This document shows positions 48,427 to 58,215 of a stretch of 64,000 bases of DNA, piece after piece. The translations under genes were made by a program, and so were the position numbers. This DNA is from an uncultured Gammaproteobacteria bacterium (GTDB lineage Bacteria; Pseudomonadota; Gammaproteobacteria; Steroidobacterales; UBA11654), in NCBI GenBank assembly GCA_902634075.1, contig CACPJA010000003.1:8407-72406 (forward strand). The letters are read 5' to 3'. The notes beneath the pieces were generated by a model. It searched no databases. It saw only the letters and a program-made list of their open reading frames with translations, and had not been told where the DNA came from. How positions within the stretch are numbered: the first letter of the stretch is position 1; each line of letters begins with the position of its first letter.

Positions 48427-49656
48427 TCAAGGGTTGATTGACTCTCCCATATTGAGTGGAACTACTTCAATTTCTTGATCTTTTTCAAGTACCTCTAAAT
48501 CCTCAGGGATAATTGCCCATGAATTGCTTTGGTTAAATGGCTTAAGCTTAAATGACTCCTGACCACTTAAAATATTAGTTTCAAGAATACCTTGAGCATT
48601 AACTGAGGTTTGAGCTTTAGCAAAGAAGCAGAATTTCTTTGATTTGGTGTATTCAGCTTTGTTAATCGCTTTCGTTCTTGGCTCAATGTTCTGACCTTGC
48701 ATAATTCTAAAGGCTTGATTAACAAAGAATCTTAAGCCAACTGCGACCGAGACAGGATTGCCAGGCAAACCAAAAACAGTTTGGCCACTAGGAAACACTG
48801 CCATGAGAATGGGTTTACCCGGTCTAATCCAAACCTTATGAAAGAGTATATCAGCTCCCATCTCAGCTAGGACCGAAGGCACAAAATCAGCTTTTCCTGC
48901 TGAAACACCTCCTGTGGTAATAATCATATCTGAATCAAGATCAATGGCTTGTTCCAGTATTTCTCTAATCTTGTTTTTCTCATCTCTTGCATGAAAGGTT
49001 TGATGAGCCATGATTCCAGAACGCCGAAGAGAGGCTTCTAAATAAGGACCGTTCGTATTAGCGATGCTAGGACCCTCTTTATTGTCCAATTCACTTCCAG
49101 TCGTGACGATACTAACTTTCGGGGTGTTGTATACCTTTACTGATTTTATGCCATTGGCAATTACAGACATCATGACATGAGGTTCTATTGTGCTGCCTTT
49201 TTGTAAAATAATATCGTCAGCTTTAAAGTCTTCTCCTGCTAATCTAACATTACGTCCACGAGAGGCTTCTTCATTTATTGCCAAGAATTTTTTACCATCA
49301 CGTTCAATGATTCTGGTTTGTTCAACTGGGATTACACAATCAAAACCATTGGGCACAACAGCACCTGTCATAATTTCATAAGCGCTTAAGGTTGAACTAT
49401 CTTCAGGCGGAGATTCGCCTGCGTATATCGTGCCTATAACTTCAAGCTCTATGTTTTTCTTTTCTGAGGCTTCTATGGTTTCTGAGGAGTTGACAGCAAA
49501 CCCGTCCATTGCAGAATTCGCAAACTCCGGGATCGATGATTGTGCAATCAAATCCTCTGCAATTACCCCATACCCACTTTTAATATCTCTATTGCTAGCA
49601 GGCATTGGCTTTATTGAGTTTTTGATGATCTCAACGGCTTGGTTGTAGCTAATCAT
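48427..49656 (-). CDS. moeA: molybdopterin molybdotransferase
   Basis: SAMDGFA, IMTGA, TGGVSAG, RPGKP, GLPGNP; likely start MISYNQA at 49656. Confidence 0.95.
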   Translation of the reverse strand: MISYNQAVEIIKNSIKPMPASNRDIKSGYGVIAEDLIAQSSIPEFANSAMDGFAVNSSETIEASEKKNIELEVIGTIYAGESPPEDSSTLSAYEIMTGAVVPNGFDCVIPVEQTRIIERDGKKFLAINEEASRGRNVRLAGEDFKADDIILQKGSTIEPHVMMSVIANGIKSVKVYNTPKVSIVTTGSELDNKEGPSIANTNGPYLEASLRRSGIMAHQTFHARDEKNKIREILEQAIDLDSDMIITTGGVSAGKADFVPSVLAEMGADILFHKVWIRPGKPILMAVFPSGQTVFGLPGNPVSVAVGLRFFVNQAFRIMQGQNIEPRTKAINKAEYTKSKKFCFFAKAQTSVNAQGILETNILSGQESFKLKPFNQSNSWAIIPEDLEVLEKDQEIEVVPLNMGESINP

Positions 49657-49774
49657 AGTTCTTTTATAACATATTTGATCTGAGTAAATAGCCTGAGTAA
49701 TTAATTTGATATTTTCAATTAGAGGCATAAAGAATTATAAATATATGGATTTAAGTTAGAATATTTGTTGATAA

Positions 49775-52528
49775 ATGAGCAAGTCATTAAAATTAGACAG
49801 AAGAAAATTCCTAAAAGGCTCAGCCTCTGCAGGACTTATTCTTAGCTACGCCAAGCCAAATCAAGTTTTTGCTAACGAGTCTTACAGAACAACCGAGGAT
49901 CTGTATCGCAAAAAATGGACATGGGACAGAGTGGTCAGAGGTACCCATGGAACCAATTGTTCAGGCACATGTGCTTTTAACGTATACATCAAGAACGGTG
50001 TTGTGTGGAGAGAAGAACAACAAGGTCAATATGAAATGATAGGCGATGCCCCAGATCCTGGCCCTAGGGGTTGCCAAAAAGGCATGAGGCATCATAAATA
50101 CATGTATGGAAAACAACGTGTTCTATACCCTTTAAAAAGAGTGGGCGAAAGAGGTGATGGAAAATGGGAACGCATTAGTTGGGAGCAAGCCACAACTGAG
50201 ATAGCCGACAAGTTTTTAGACTACGCCATCGAATACAATCCGGAGTGTATTTCATACGGAAGCGGAACTCAGATGTCGGTTAAGATGGCATCTTTTGCAG
50301 GTCATTTAAGATTTTCTAACATCACTGGCGTTACTGTTCCGGAGTTTTTTTCTGGTGTTGGAGATTTACCAACGGGATCCTATATGACACTTGGTCAAGT
50401 TTATACCGGTGATACCTTTGCTTCTGTCTATAAGTCAAAGTGTGTGATGGTATGGATGAGCAACCCAGCAGTGACCAGAATACCCGATGCACATTATTTT
50501 TGGGAAGCTAAGTATAACGGCACACAAGTTATCTCAGTTTCACCAGATTTTAACCCAACTGCGATGCATTCAAGCTTATGGTTAAACCCGAAACCAGGAA
50601 CAGATTCTGCATTAGCCATGGCAATGGTAGAGGTTATTGTTAAAGAGAAGCTTTATCAAACAGATTACATCAAAGAACAAACAGATCTACCGCTTCTTGT
50701 TAGAACTGATACCAAAGAGTTTGTTAGGAGAGAAGATCTCTCTTTATACGGCCTATTAGCGGTGGCTGATAATGTTTATTACATGTGGGATGAGGTAACT
50801 AATAAGATTGTGCAAGCGCCAGGAACCGGTCGGGGAGATAAACCTTTTGGTAGAGATCGTCGTAAATACGGCACTCTGGACCTTGGTGATATACAGCCAA
50901 GCCTTGAGGGACGATGGATTGTGAATACTCTTGACGGCGAAGTTGAAGTCACCACAGTCTTCGAATTGCTAAAGGAAGAATGCAAGAACTACACACCAGA
51001 AAAATCCTCAAAAATTACCGGTGTTAATGCAGAGGTGATCCGTAAAACAGCAAGAATTTTTGCTGACGCACAACCCGGTATGATTTACGCGGGTTACGCA
51101 GCTTGTAAATGGCTGCATGGAGACCTGCTGCAACGAGCAATGCTATTGATGTTAGCTTTAACAGGCAGCACAGGAAAAGAGGGCGGTGGACTACAGGTTG
51201 CTAATGCACCTGTTGCTCGTGGCATGAACCAATTTGGTTTCTCAGATGTTGGACCTGCCCTCAGATTAATTTCAGCCACCACCTGGGATTACGATCATGC
51301 GGATATGAAAGATCTGAACGAAAGAATGTACGGTAAACAGCTTGCCGATAATTTTGATAAACACTACAAGAAGAGCATCGAGGAGGACTGGTTTCCTGAT
51401 TACAGCAAGAGCGGATGGAAAATGGGTATTTTTGCAGGAAATAATGGAGCCAATTGGAGGGCGACAGGAAGTTTTTGGAGAAAGACGGCTTTTGAAGAAT
51501 TAGAAACGATTGTTTCTTTAACTCCAGACATGGGAGTAACTTCAATGCACTCGGATTATGTTCTGCCAATTGCTCATCATTATGAGCGAGATGATTTGAT
51601 GCTGCAGTCACGTGTTCCTTACTTACAAGTTCTTAATGAGGCTGTGTCACCATTGGGCGAATCAGTTGATGATTGGGAGGCCAATCGTAGATTAGCTGAA
51701 GCAATCAGTAAGCAAGCTGTTGCTCGAGGAATTAAACCAATAATGGATGCTGTTGATGGAAGAAGTGTTAGGAGGGATTACACCAAGACACTCGAACTGT
51801 TTACTATGGGAGGTCGGATTAATAACTCGAAGGATGTGGCTCAGTTCATTATTAATACCAGCCATGGTCTACCTAAGATCACATTTGAAGAGCTTTCTGA
51901 GAAGGGCATTGTTAAGGTTGAGGGAGTTGACAATACATCATGGGATAATGAGGAATCACCTTACCATACGGAAGTGGTCAGGAGTGTAAGAGAAAAAAAA
52001 CCATACGAAACATTCACTGGTCGCCAACAATTTTATATAGATCATGAGTGGTTTATTGAGTTTGGAGAGACACTGCCAACCTATAAAGAAGCATTATCGC
52101 TCAAAGGTTACCCAATGCGCATGATGATGGGCCATGCTAGACATGGAATTCATAGTACTTGGAGAGACGAATCTTTTCTTTTGAGTTTACAAAGAGGGGA
52201 GCCCGATATTTATGTCAACCCAGATGATGCTGAAGAAAGAGACGTCATTGATGGAGATATGGTGCGTATTTATAATTCAGCAGGTGAATTTTCTGCAATG
52301 GCTCATGTAAGTTCAGGCATACAGCCAGGAATGTTATTTATGTATCATGGCTGGGATCCAAAAATGTTTAAAGATCAGAAGAACTTTGGTGAAGTTATCC
52401 CCACAGGCGGATTAATCAAACCAACTTCAATGGCTGGAGATTATGGACATCTTGGTTATCAACCCTTGGCATATGCTCCAAATCAGACTTATAAAGATTT
52501 TACCTGTGACTTTGAAAAGTCGGGTTGA
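49775..52528 (+). CDS. DMSO reductase family type II molybdoenzyme, alpha subunit (EbdA/DdhA/S25dA/SerA-like)
   Basis: Tat signal DRRKFLK; FS0 HGTNCSGTC...RGCQKG; Asp ligand GDLP; HGIHSTW. Confidence 0.92.
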   Translation: MSKSLKLDRRKFLKGSASAGLILSYAKPNQVFANESYRTTEDLYRKKWTWDRVVRGTHGTNCSGTCAFNVYIKNGVVWREEQQGQYEMIGDAPDPGPRGCQKGMRHHKYMYGKQRVLYPLKRVGERGDGKWERISWEQATTEIADKFLDYAIEYNPECISYGSGTQMSVKMASFAGHLRFSNITGVTVPEFFSGVGDLPTGSYMTLGQVYTGDTFASVYKSKCVMVWMSNPAVTRIPDAHYFWEAKYNGTQVISVSPDFNPTAMHSSLWLNPKPGTDSALAMAMVEVIVKEKLYQTDYIKEQTDLPLLVRTDTKEFVRREDLSLYGLLAVADNVYYMWDEVTNKIVQAPGTGRGDKPFGRDRRKYGTLDLGDIQPSLEGRWIVNTLDGEVEVTTVFELLKEECKNYTPEKSSKITGVNAEVIRKTARIFADAQPGMIYAGYAACKWLHGDLLQRAMLLMLALTGSTGKEGGGLQVANAPVARGMNQFGFSDVGPALRLISATTWDYDHADMKDLNERMYGKQLADNFDKHYKKSIEEDWFPDYSKSGWKMGIFAGNNGANWRATGSFWRKTAFEELETIVSLTPDMGVTSMHSDYVLPIAHHYERDDLMLQSRVPYLQVLNEAVSPLGESVDDWEANRRLAEAISKQAVARGIKPIMDAVDGRSVRRDYTKTLELFTMGGRINNSKDVAQFIINTSHGLPKITFEELSEKGIVKVEGVDNTSWDNEESPYHTEVVRSVREKKPYETFTGRQQFYIDHEWFIEFGETLPTYKEALSLKGYPMRMMMGHARHGIHSTWRDESFLLSLQRGEPDIYVNPDDAEERDVIDGDMVRIYNSAGEFSAMAHVSSGIQPGMLFMYHGWDPKMFKDQKNFGEVIPTGGLIKPTSMAGDYGHLGYQPLAYAPNQTYKDFTCDFEKSG

Positions 52529-52541
52529 TTGCATTTAAGTT

Positions 52542-53186
52542 ATGGATAGAGTGTGTCTCGATACAAGAAGAATGACTGAGTCAACAGCTGTTTCAAGAGC
52601 AACTGCCTACGCGATATTTTCTTTGTTAATAAGCTCTCCTCATGAGGTTAATCCAAGGGACAAAATTACTGATACTCAGCTACCTGAATTACCGTTCGAT
52701 TTTGATCTAGAAAAGATTTTGAGTGATTTCTCACTAAATGATGAAGACAGTTTGAAAAAGCAATTCAGTGCTTTATTTGAAATTGGTGATCACGGGCCAC
52801 CAATTCCTATTCGTGAGGATCTATTTTTAAATCAACCTGCAAAACTAAAGGAAGATTTGGTTAGATTTTATGAACACTTCGGCTATGAATTGGATGAGGG
52901 CTTTCAATGGCAAATGGATCATCTTTCTATTCAATTAGAATTTATGCATTTTCTGGCTATGGGAGAATTTGAAGAACAAAAAGATAAACTGTCTTATCAA
53001 TTGGGTCAGCTGGATTTTACTCAAAAACATCTACTGAATTGGGTTCCTCAGTTAGCAGAAAAACTTTCAGTGTTATCTAAAGGTGAAATCTATTCCAAAA
53101 TTAGTATAGAATTAAAGACGTTTCTTGAGCATGATCTAAAGTGGCAAGAGCAAACAATTAAAACAATTGACGAATCAGGAGGGTAG
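52542..53186 (+). CDS. TorD/NarJ/EbdD-type molybdoenzyme maturation chaperone
   Basis: LVRFYEHFG, DHLSIQLEFM, KHLLNW. Confidence 0.88.
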   Translation: MDRVCLDTRRMTESTAVSRATAYAIFSLLISSPHEVNPRDKITDTQLPELPFDFDLEKILSDFSLNDEDSLKKQFSALFEIGDHGPPIPIREDLFLNQPAKLKEDLVRFYEHFGYELDEGFQWQMDHLSIQLEFMHFLAMGEFEEQKDKLSYQLGQLDFTQKHLLNWVPQLAEKLSVLSKGEIYSKISIELKTFLEHDLKWQEQTIKTIDESGG

Positions 53187-53188
53187 GT

Positions 53189-54178
53189 TTGGGTCAAGTT
53201 TCGATGGTAATAGATTTGAACAAGTGCATTGGCTGCCAGACATGCACTACTGCCTGTAAATCACTCTGGACTGACGAACCTGGTCAGGAATATATGCTCT
53301 GGAATAACGTTGAGACCAAACCTGGACCTGGATACCCTAGATATTGGGAAGATGGCGGAGGAGGCTTTGATGATCAAGGTAACTTGAACAGAGACGGATT
53401 GATGCCAGCGAAACAGGATCATGGTGATGATATACCTCTTAATCATGATGAGGTTTACTTTAAAGGTGTTGAAGTTAGATTGCAGCAAGAAACACCGATG
53501 GGCAAGGGTTCGAATTGGGATGAGGATACAAGCTCAGGAGACTATCCAAATAATTATCACTTCTATCTACCAAGAATGTGCAATCATTGCACAAAACCAG
53601 CATGCCTAGAAGCCTGCCCAGTGAGAGCTATATATAAAAGAGAAGAAGACGGGGTAGTTCTTATTGACGAGGATAAATGCCAAGGTATTAGAGAATGTAA
53701 TAAAGCTTGCCCCTACGACAAGATCTATTTTAATTATGTTACAGGCAAATCTCAGAAATGTATTTTTTGCTTTCCTCGCCTAGAAGAGGGAGTTGCACCT
53801 GCTTGTGCGAGACAGTGTCCTGGAAGATTGAGATTCGTTGGTTTTCTTGAAGATGAAAATGGTCCGATTCATGAATTAGTTTATCAATGGAAGGTAGCTC
53901 TGCCATTGCATCCTGAGTATGGAACTGAACCAAATGTTTTTTATGTTCCGCCAATGCTACCACCTAATTTTGATGAAGAAGGAGAGTTTTCCGAGGACCC
54001 AAGAGTCCCAACTGAATACCTTAGAAGCCTATTCGGTGAAGAAGTTGATGAGGCATTGATCACATTGCAATATGAGATGGAGAAGAAGCAAGAAGGCAAA
54101 GAATCTCGACTTATGGATATTCTTATTGCCAAAGAATGGAAGTCTCTATTTAATATACCCGACGTTAAAATTTATTAA
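53189..54178 (+). CDS. DMSO reductase family type II iron-sulfur (beta) subunit
   Basis: DLNKCIGCQTCTTAC, WNNVETKPG, PRMCNHC..PAC..ACP, KCIFCFPR, PLHPEYGTEPN; TTG start. Confidence 0.94.
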   Translation: MGQVSMVIDLNKCIGCQTCTTACKSLWTDEPGQEYMLWNNVETKPGPGYPRYWEDGGGGFDDQGNLNRDGLMPAKQDHGDDIPLNHDEVYFKGVEVRLQQETPMGKGSNWDEDTSSGDYPNNYHFYLPRMCNHCTKPACLEACPVRAIYKREEDGVVLIDEDKCQGIRECNKACPYDKIYFNYVTGKSQKCIFCFPRLEEGVAPACARQCPGRLRFVGFLEDENGPIHELVYQWKVALPLHPEYGTEPNVFYVPPMLPPNFDEEGEFSEDPRVPTEYLRSLFGEEVDEALITLQYEMEKKQEGKESRLMDILIAKEWKSLFNIPDVKIY

Positions 54179-54208
54179 TTTAAACACAAACTAATTAGGT
54201 CTTTTGCA

Positions 54209-56158
54209 ATGGAACTATCAAAGGCGCGTATTTTTTTGATTATGTCTTCGCTGGTGCTGTCATCAGTTATGGCCAGCCTAGATTCTAGTTTCACCCCAAT
54301 CGCTATTCCGGATATGATCGATAAACTCGATTCTAGTACCAGTGAAATAGTTTGGGTTGCTTTAGGTTACTTAATTGCAGCTAGTGGCCCAATGCTTTTA
54401 GCAGCAAAAATGGCTGATGGTCTAGGCCACGCAAGATTTTTCCAGCTTGGCACATTAATATACAGTCTAGCTATGATTGCCTGCTCATGGGCACCAGATG
54501 CTAATACCTTAATTACACTTAGATTTATCCAAGGGTTTGGCATGGCTCTTTTTTTACCCACTACCTTTGCAATTGCAACTGCAATGTATGGACCTAAGAA
54601 ACGAGGGGCTGCACTTGGTATTCTTCAGGCTGCTAATGCTGTAGGTTTTGTAATGGGCCCAGTTTTTGCTGGTTGGCTGCTAGATGCTTATGACTGGACC
54701 GCAATTTTTTGGTCAAGAATTCCTTTTGCGATATTGGCAATTTTGCTTGCTTTTCTAGCTTTGGGTTTTAAGAAACCGTTTCGTTTTTCTGAGCCTCAAA
54801 AATCATATGATTATTTAGGTGCAGCTTTTCTAACTTTTTCATTGTATGGAATTTTATATGGCTGTAATAAATTGCCTGTTGAAGATAATCATCTAGATCC
54901 TTTTGTTTGGATTATATTTATTTCTGGATTCATATTATTTTTCTTATTCCTCAAACAGGAAAAAAAGCATAAGGACCCTCTAATTGATTTAACACTGTTC
55001 TCAAAAAGCAATGATTTCACTAAAGCATCTATCGCTTTTGCCTCTGTCTTTGCTAGTTTTCCAGTGTATTTGTTTATTTTGCCAATCATTATGATTAATG
55101 GTCTTGAGATGAAAGCTTGGGATGCAGGGCTTGCTCTAGGCTTAGCTGCTGTAGCGACACTTTTAATTAGCCCAATTGCAGGCAATCTATCAGATCGAGC
55201 TGGCCCTGAAAAACTATGCATGAGCGGTGCTTTGATGACGGGGGTCGGTTACATGTTATTGTTCTTGGTGAATTCAGATTCTACGGTTTTATCTATTTTA
55301 CCAGCCATGGCTCTGATAGGAGCAGGTACAGGATTATTCTTCTCGCCTAATAATAATTTGATGTTAGCAAGTGCGCCTCCAGAAAGGGCTGGAATGGTCT
55401 CTGGTTTATTTGGTGTTTTAAGACAATCTGGCTATGCTCTTGGTTTTGCAGTAACAGCTAGTTTATTCACAGCAGTGCAAAATTGGTTTGATCTTCAATG
55501 GGCTTATTCTTCTGTGAATGCCCTTTCTGAAGGACCAGCAAACAGTATTACTGAGATTTATCACCAAGGAAGCCAATGGTCTCCTGAGATGCTGGTATTT
55601 ATCCTGCATATTGGTGTTTTATTGTGCTCTAGCATTTTGATAATCACTTTAGTTAATTCGGTCCCTAAGCTAAGGCTGACTGTGTCACGACAACTCTCAG
55701 TGAGTTTGATAGCGGTTATTATTTCAGTCTTCTCAATGGGCTCATATAGCCTAAAAGCTCCAGGCATGATCAATATTTCAAACGCAGAGACAGTTGTTTC
55801 TATAGCTAAACCTGTTGCTGCTTTTGGCATGGTATCTAGAAGTTATGATTTTATTGAGCCAGTAAATGCAAGTGCTCAGGAATCAGCTAACCTCAATAGC
55901 CAAAATTATATGAGTCGTTGTGGTTTTTGTCATGGCGCCAATCTTGAAGGAATAGATGGCTTAGGAGTCACCCTTATCGATTCAACATTTCTTAAAAATA
56001 TGGATTCAGAAGAGACAATTGAATTTTTAAAAGTAGGCCGAATGATTAATTCAGAAGAGTCAATTTCTGGTGGGGTAATGCCAGGCTTTTCATGGCTACC
56101 CGAAGAGGAATTAGAGGAAATAGCGGACTATATCAAATCTATAAGTGTAGAAGAATAA
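54209..56158 (+). CDS. DHA2-type MFS transporter fused to a C-terminal class I cytochrome c
   Basis: EmrB-like MFS core, extra TM segments, then CGFCH (55919-55933)...MPGF...IADYIKSI. Confidence 0.85.
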   Translation: MELSKARIFLIMSSLVLSSVMASLDSSFTPIAIPDMIDKLDSSTSEIVWVALGYLIAASGPMLLAAKMADGLGHARFFQLGTLIYSLAMIACSWAPDANTLITLRFIQGFGMALFLPTTFAIATAMYGPKKRGAALGILQAANAVGFVMGPVFAGWLLDAYDWTAIFWSRIPFAILAILLAFLALGFKKPFRFSEPQKSYDYLGAAFLTFSLYGILYGCNKLPVEDNHLDPFVWIIFISGFILFFLFLKQEKKHKDPLIDLTLFSKSNDFTKASIAFASVFASFPVYLFILPIIMINGLEMKAWDAGLALGLAAVATLLISPIAGNLSDRAGPEKLCMSGALMTGVGYMLLFLVNSDSTVLSILPAMALIGAGTGLFFSPNNNLMLASAPPERAGMVSGLFGVLRQSGYALGFAVTASLFTAVQNWFDLQWAYSSVNALSEGPANSITEIYHQGSQWSPEMLVFILHIGVLLCSSILIITLVNSVPKLRLTVSRQLSVSLIAVIISVFSMGSYSLKAPGMINISNAETVVSIAKPVAAFGMVSRSYDFIEPVNASAQESANLNSQNYMSRCGFCHGANLEGIDGLGVTLIDSTFLKNMDSEETIEFLKVGRMINSEESISGGVMPGFSWLPEEELEEIADYIKSISVEE

Positions 56159-56159
56159 T

Positions 56160-57479
56160 ATGAGTTTGATGGAGAACAATAAGACTGTAAAAAATTCAAT
56201 GGCTGGTTGGTATGCAGTTTTTATGTTGTTGCTTGCTTACGTGCTTTCTTTCGTTGATCGAATCATTATGAGTCTTTTGGTTACCCCAATTAAGGAAGAC
56301 CTAGGAACTACCGATGCTCAAATGGGCTTATTAATGGGTTTTGCCTTTGCGCTTTTTTACACTGTTATTGGTATACCTATAGCACGCCTCTCTGATGTAA
56401 AAAGCAGAACAATGATAGTTGCGGTTGGTATTTTCTTATGGAGCATAATGACTGCTGCTTGTGGCTTAGCTCGAAGCTTCTTTCAACTTTTTCTAGCCCG
56501 AATAGGTGTTGGAGTCGGAGAAGCTGCTTTATCGCCTGCCGCATATTCAATGATTTCAGATTATTTCACTGAAGATAAATTGGGAAGAGCAATTGCGGTT
56601 TATCAATCTGGCGGCTTATTTGGCGGCGGTCTAGCGTTCATTATTGGCGGCGCTGTTGTCAGTATGATTATTAGCTCGGATGCTACTTCTTTGCCCTTTG
56701 TTGGGGTTCTAAAGCCTTGGCAAATTGCTTTCCTTATTGTTGGTCTGCCTGGTATCCTCATGGCTTTTTTAATGCTGACTGTAAAAGAGCCAACACGAAC
56801 AGGTATTAGTGAATCCATGGATAAGAGGGTCTCAATAGTTGATGCCTTAGTCTATATGAGAGAAAACTGGCAAGTATACACAGCAATCTTTTTTGGTTTT
56901 GCATTATTGGCAACTCCAATTACATCTGTTTTAACCTGGATACCAACTTATCTTCAACGCATTCATGGAATGAGTATTGCTGATAGCGGTATGAGCCTAG
57001 GATTGATGCTATTTTTTCTCTCAAGTACCGGCGTTATTTTTGGTGGATGGTTGGTGGATTACATGAAACGGCGCGATTATTTAGACAGTTACTTCAGGGT
57101 TGGTTTAATTGTTTGCGTAGCATCAGTACCCTTAATTCTTTTTGCTACTTCACTTGCCGACTTGCAGATGACACTTTATGTCCTTTGCCCATTTATCTTT
57201 ATCGTAAGTATGCCTTTGGCTGTTGGCCCAATTGTCTTGCAAGTTATTACTCCGAATCAACTCAGAGCACAAGTTGCCGCAGTCTACATGCTGTTTTTAA
57301 ATCTATTAACGGCATTATTAGGTCCTACTGGAATTGGTTTAGTTACAGACTATTTCTTTAAAAATGATCTAGCAATCGGTCAATCTATTACTTTAATAAA
57401 CTTGATTTCGACTCCTTTAGCTTTCATTTTTCTCTACTTTGGTCTAATCCACTTTAACAAACGTTTAACAAACTCATAA
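56160..57479 (+). CDS. MFS transporter (Spinster-like)
   Basis: SFVDR, ARIGVGVGEAALSPAAYSMISDYF, WQIAFLIVGLPG. Confidence 0.9.
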   Translation: MSLMENNKTVKNSMAGWYAVFMLLLAYVLSFVDRIIMSLLVTPIKEDLGTTDAQMGLLMGFAFALFYTVIGIPIARLSDVKSRTMIVAVGIFLWSIMTAACGLARSFFQLFLARIGVGVGEAALSPAAYSMISDYFTEDKLGRAIAVYQSGGLFGGGLAFIIGGAVVSMIISSDATSLPFVGVLKPWQIAFLIVGLPGILMAFLMLTVKEPTRTGISESMDKRVSIVDALVYMRENWQVYTAIFFGFALLATPITSVLTWIPTYLQRIHGMSIADSGMSLGLMLFFLSSTGVIFGGWLVDYMKRRDYLDSYFRVGLIVCVASVPLILFATSLADLQMTLYVLCPFIFIVSMPLAVGPIVLQVITPNQLRAQVAAVYMLFLNLLTALLGPTGIGLVTDYFFKNDLAIGQSITLINLISTPLAFIFLYFGLIHFNKRLTNS

Positions 57480-57553
57480 TTATTGATTAATATAATAGGT
57501 TCCCTCTACTAAAATTTATGAGGGCTTATTGAATTAAAAAAGGGGAGTTCGGA

Positions 57554-58186
57554 ATGTCAGATCAATCAACTGAAGATAATTATGCTGGTGTTTGGGATAC
57601 TGGCTTAGGCTTTGGAGAAAAGTCAGCAGTAATAGTCATCGATCTACTACAAGGTTATACCACTGAAGGCTCAGCATTATACGCACCAGGTGTTGTTGAC
57701 TGTGTAGCACAAATGCCTGATTTTCTAGATTTAGCTCGCTCTAAGGGTGTACCAATTATTCACACTAGAGTCTTATACACAGAACCGAATCTTGAGGATG
57801 GAGGTGTCTGGATTAGAAAAGCACCTGTGCTTAAAGATCTTGTTCTAGGGAACCCTTATGCAGAGTTTTGTGAAGGAGTTGAGCCTCAGGATGGCGAGGT
57901 GGTGATTGTTAAACAATACGCGAGTGCTTTTTTTGGAACCTCGCTTGTGGCCACATTAAATGGAATGGGTGTGGATACATTAATTATTACTGGTTGCACA
58001 ACGTCAGGATGCATAAGAGCTACTGCTGTTGATACAGTTCAGCATGGGTTTAGACCTATTTGTGTAAGAGAATGTATCGGCGATCGTGCTGAAGGACCAC
58101 ATGAAGCAAACTTATTTGATATCAACGCTAAATACGGTGATGTCATCAGTAAAGAAATGGCTATGGGCTACTTGAATAGTCTTTAG
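57554..58186 (+). CDS. isochorismatase-family cysteine amidohydrolase (NicF/CSHase-like)
   Basis: Asp-Lys-Cys triad: VIDL, KQYASAFFGT, GCTTSGCIRAT. Confidence 0.9.
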   Translation: MSDQSTEDNYAGVWDTGLGFGEKSAVIVIDLLQGYTTEGSALYAPGVVDCVAQMPDFLDLARSKGVPIIHTRVLYTEPNLEDGGVWIRKAPVLKDLVLGNPYAEFCEGVEPQDGEVVIVKQYASAFFGTSLVATLNGMGVDTLIITGCTTSGCIRATAVDTVQHGFRPICVRECIGDRAEGPHEANLFDINAKYGDVISKEMAMGYLNSL

Positions 58187-58215
58187 ACTGTAATTATTAA
58201 CTAGAGGAAAAAATA

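Noticed and set aside
49657..49774. Moco riboswitch between moeA and the Mo enzyme
   Set aside because: Too short and AT-rich, no structured motif
49775..54178. Calling the operon narGHJ respiratory nitrate reductase
   Set aside because: The alpha (917 aa, Tat signal) and beta (329 aa) subunits are much shorter than NarG/NarH, and there is no NarI or NarK
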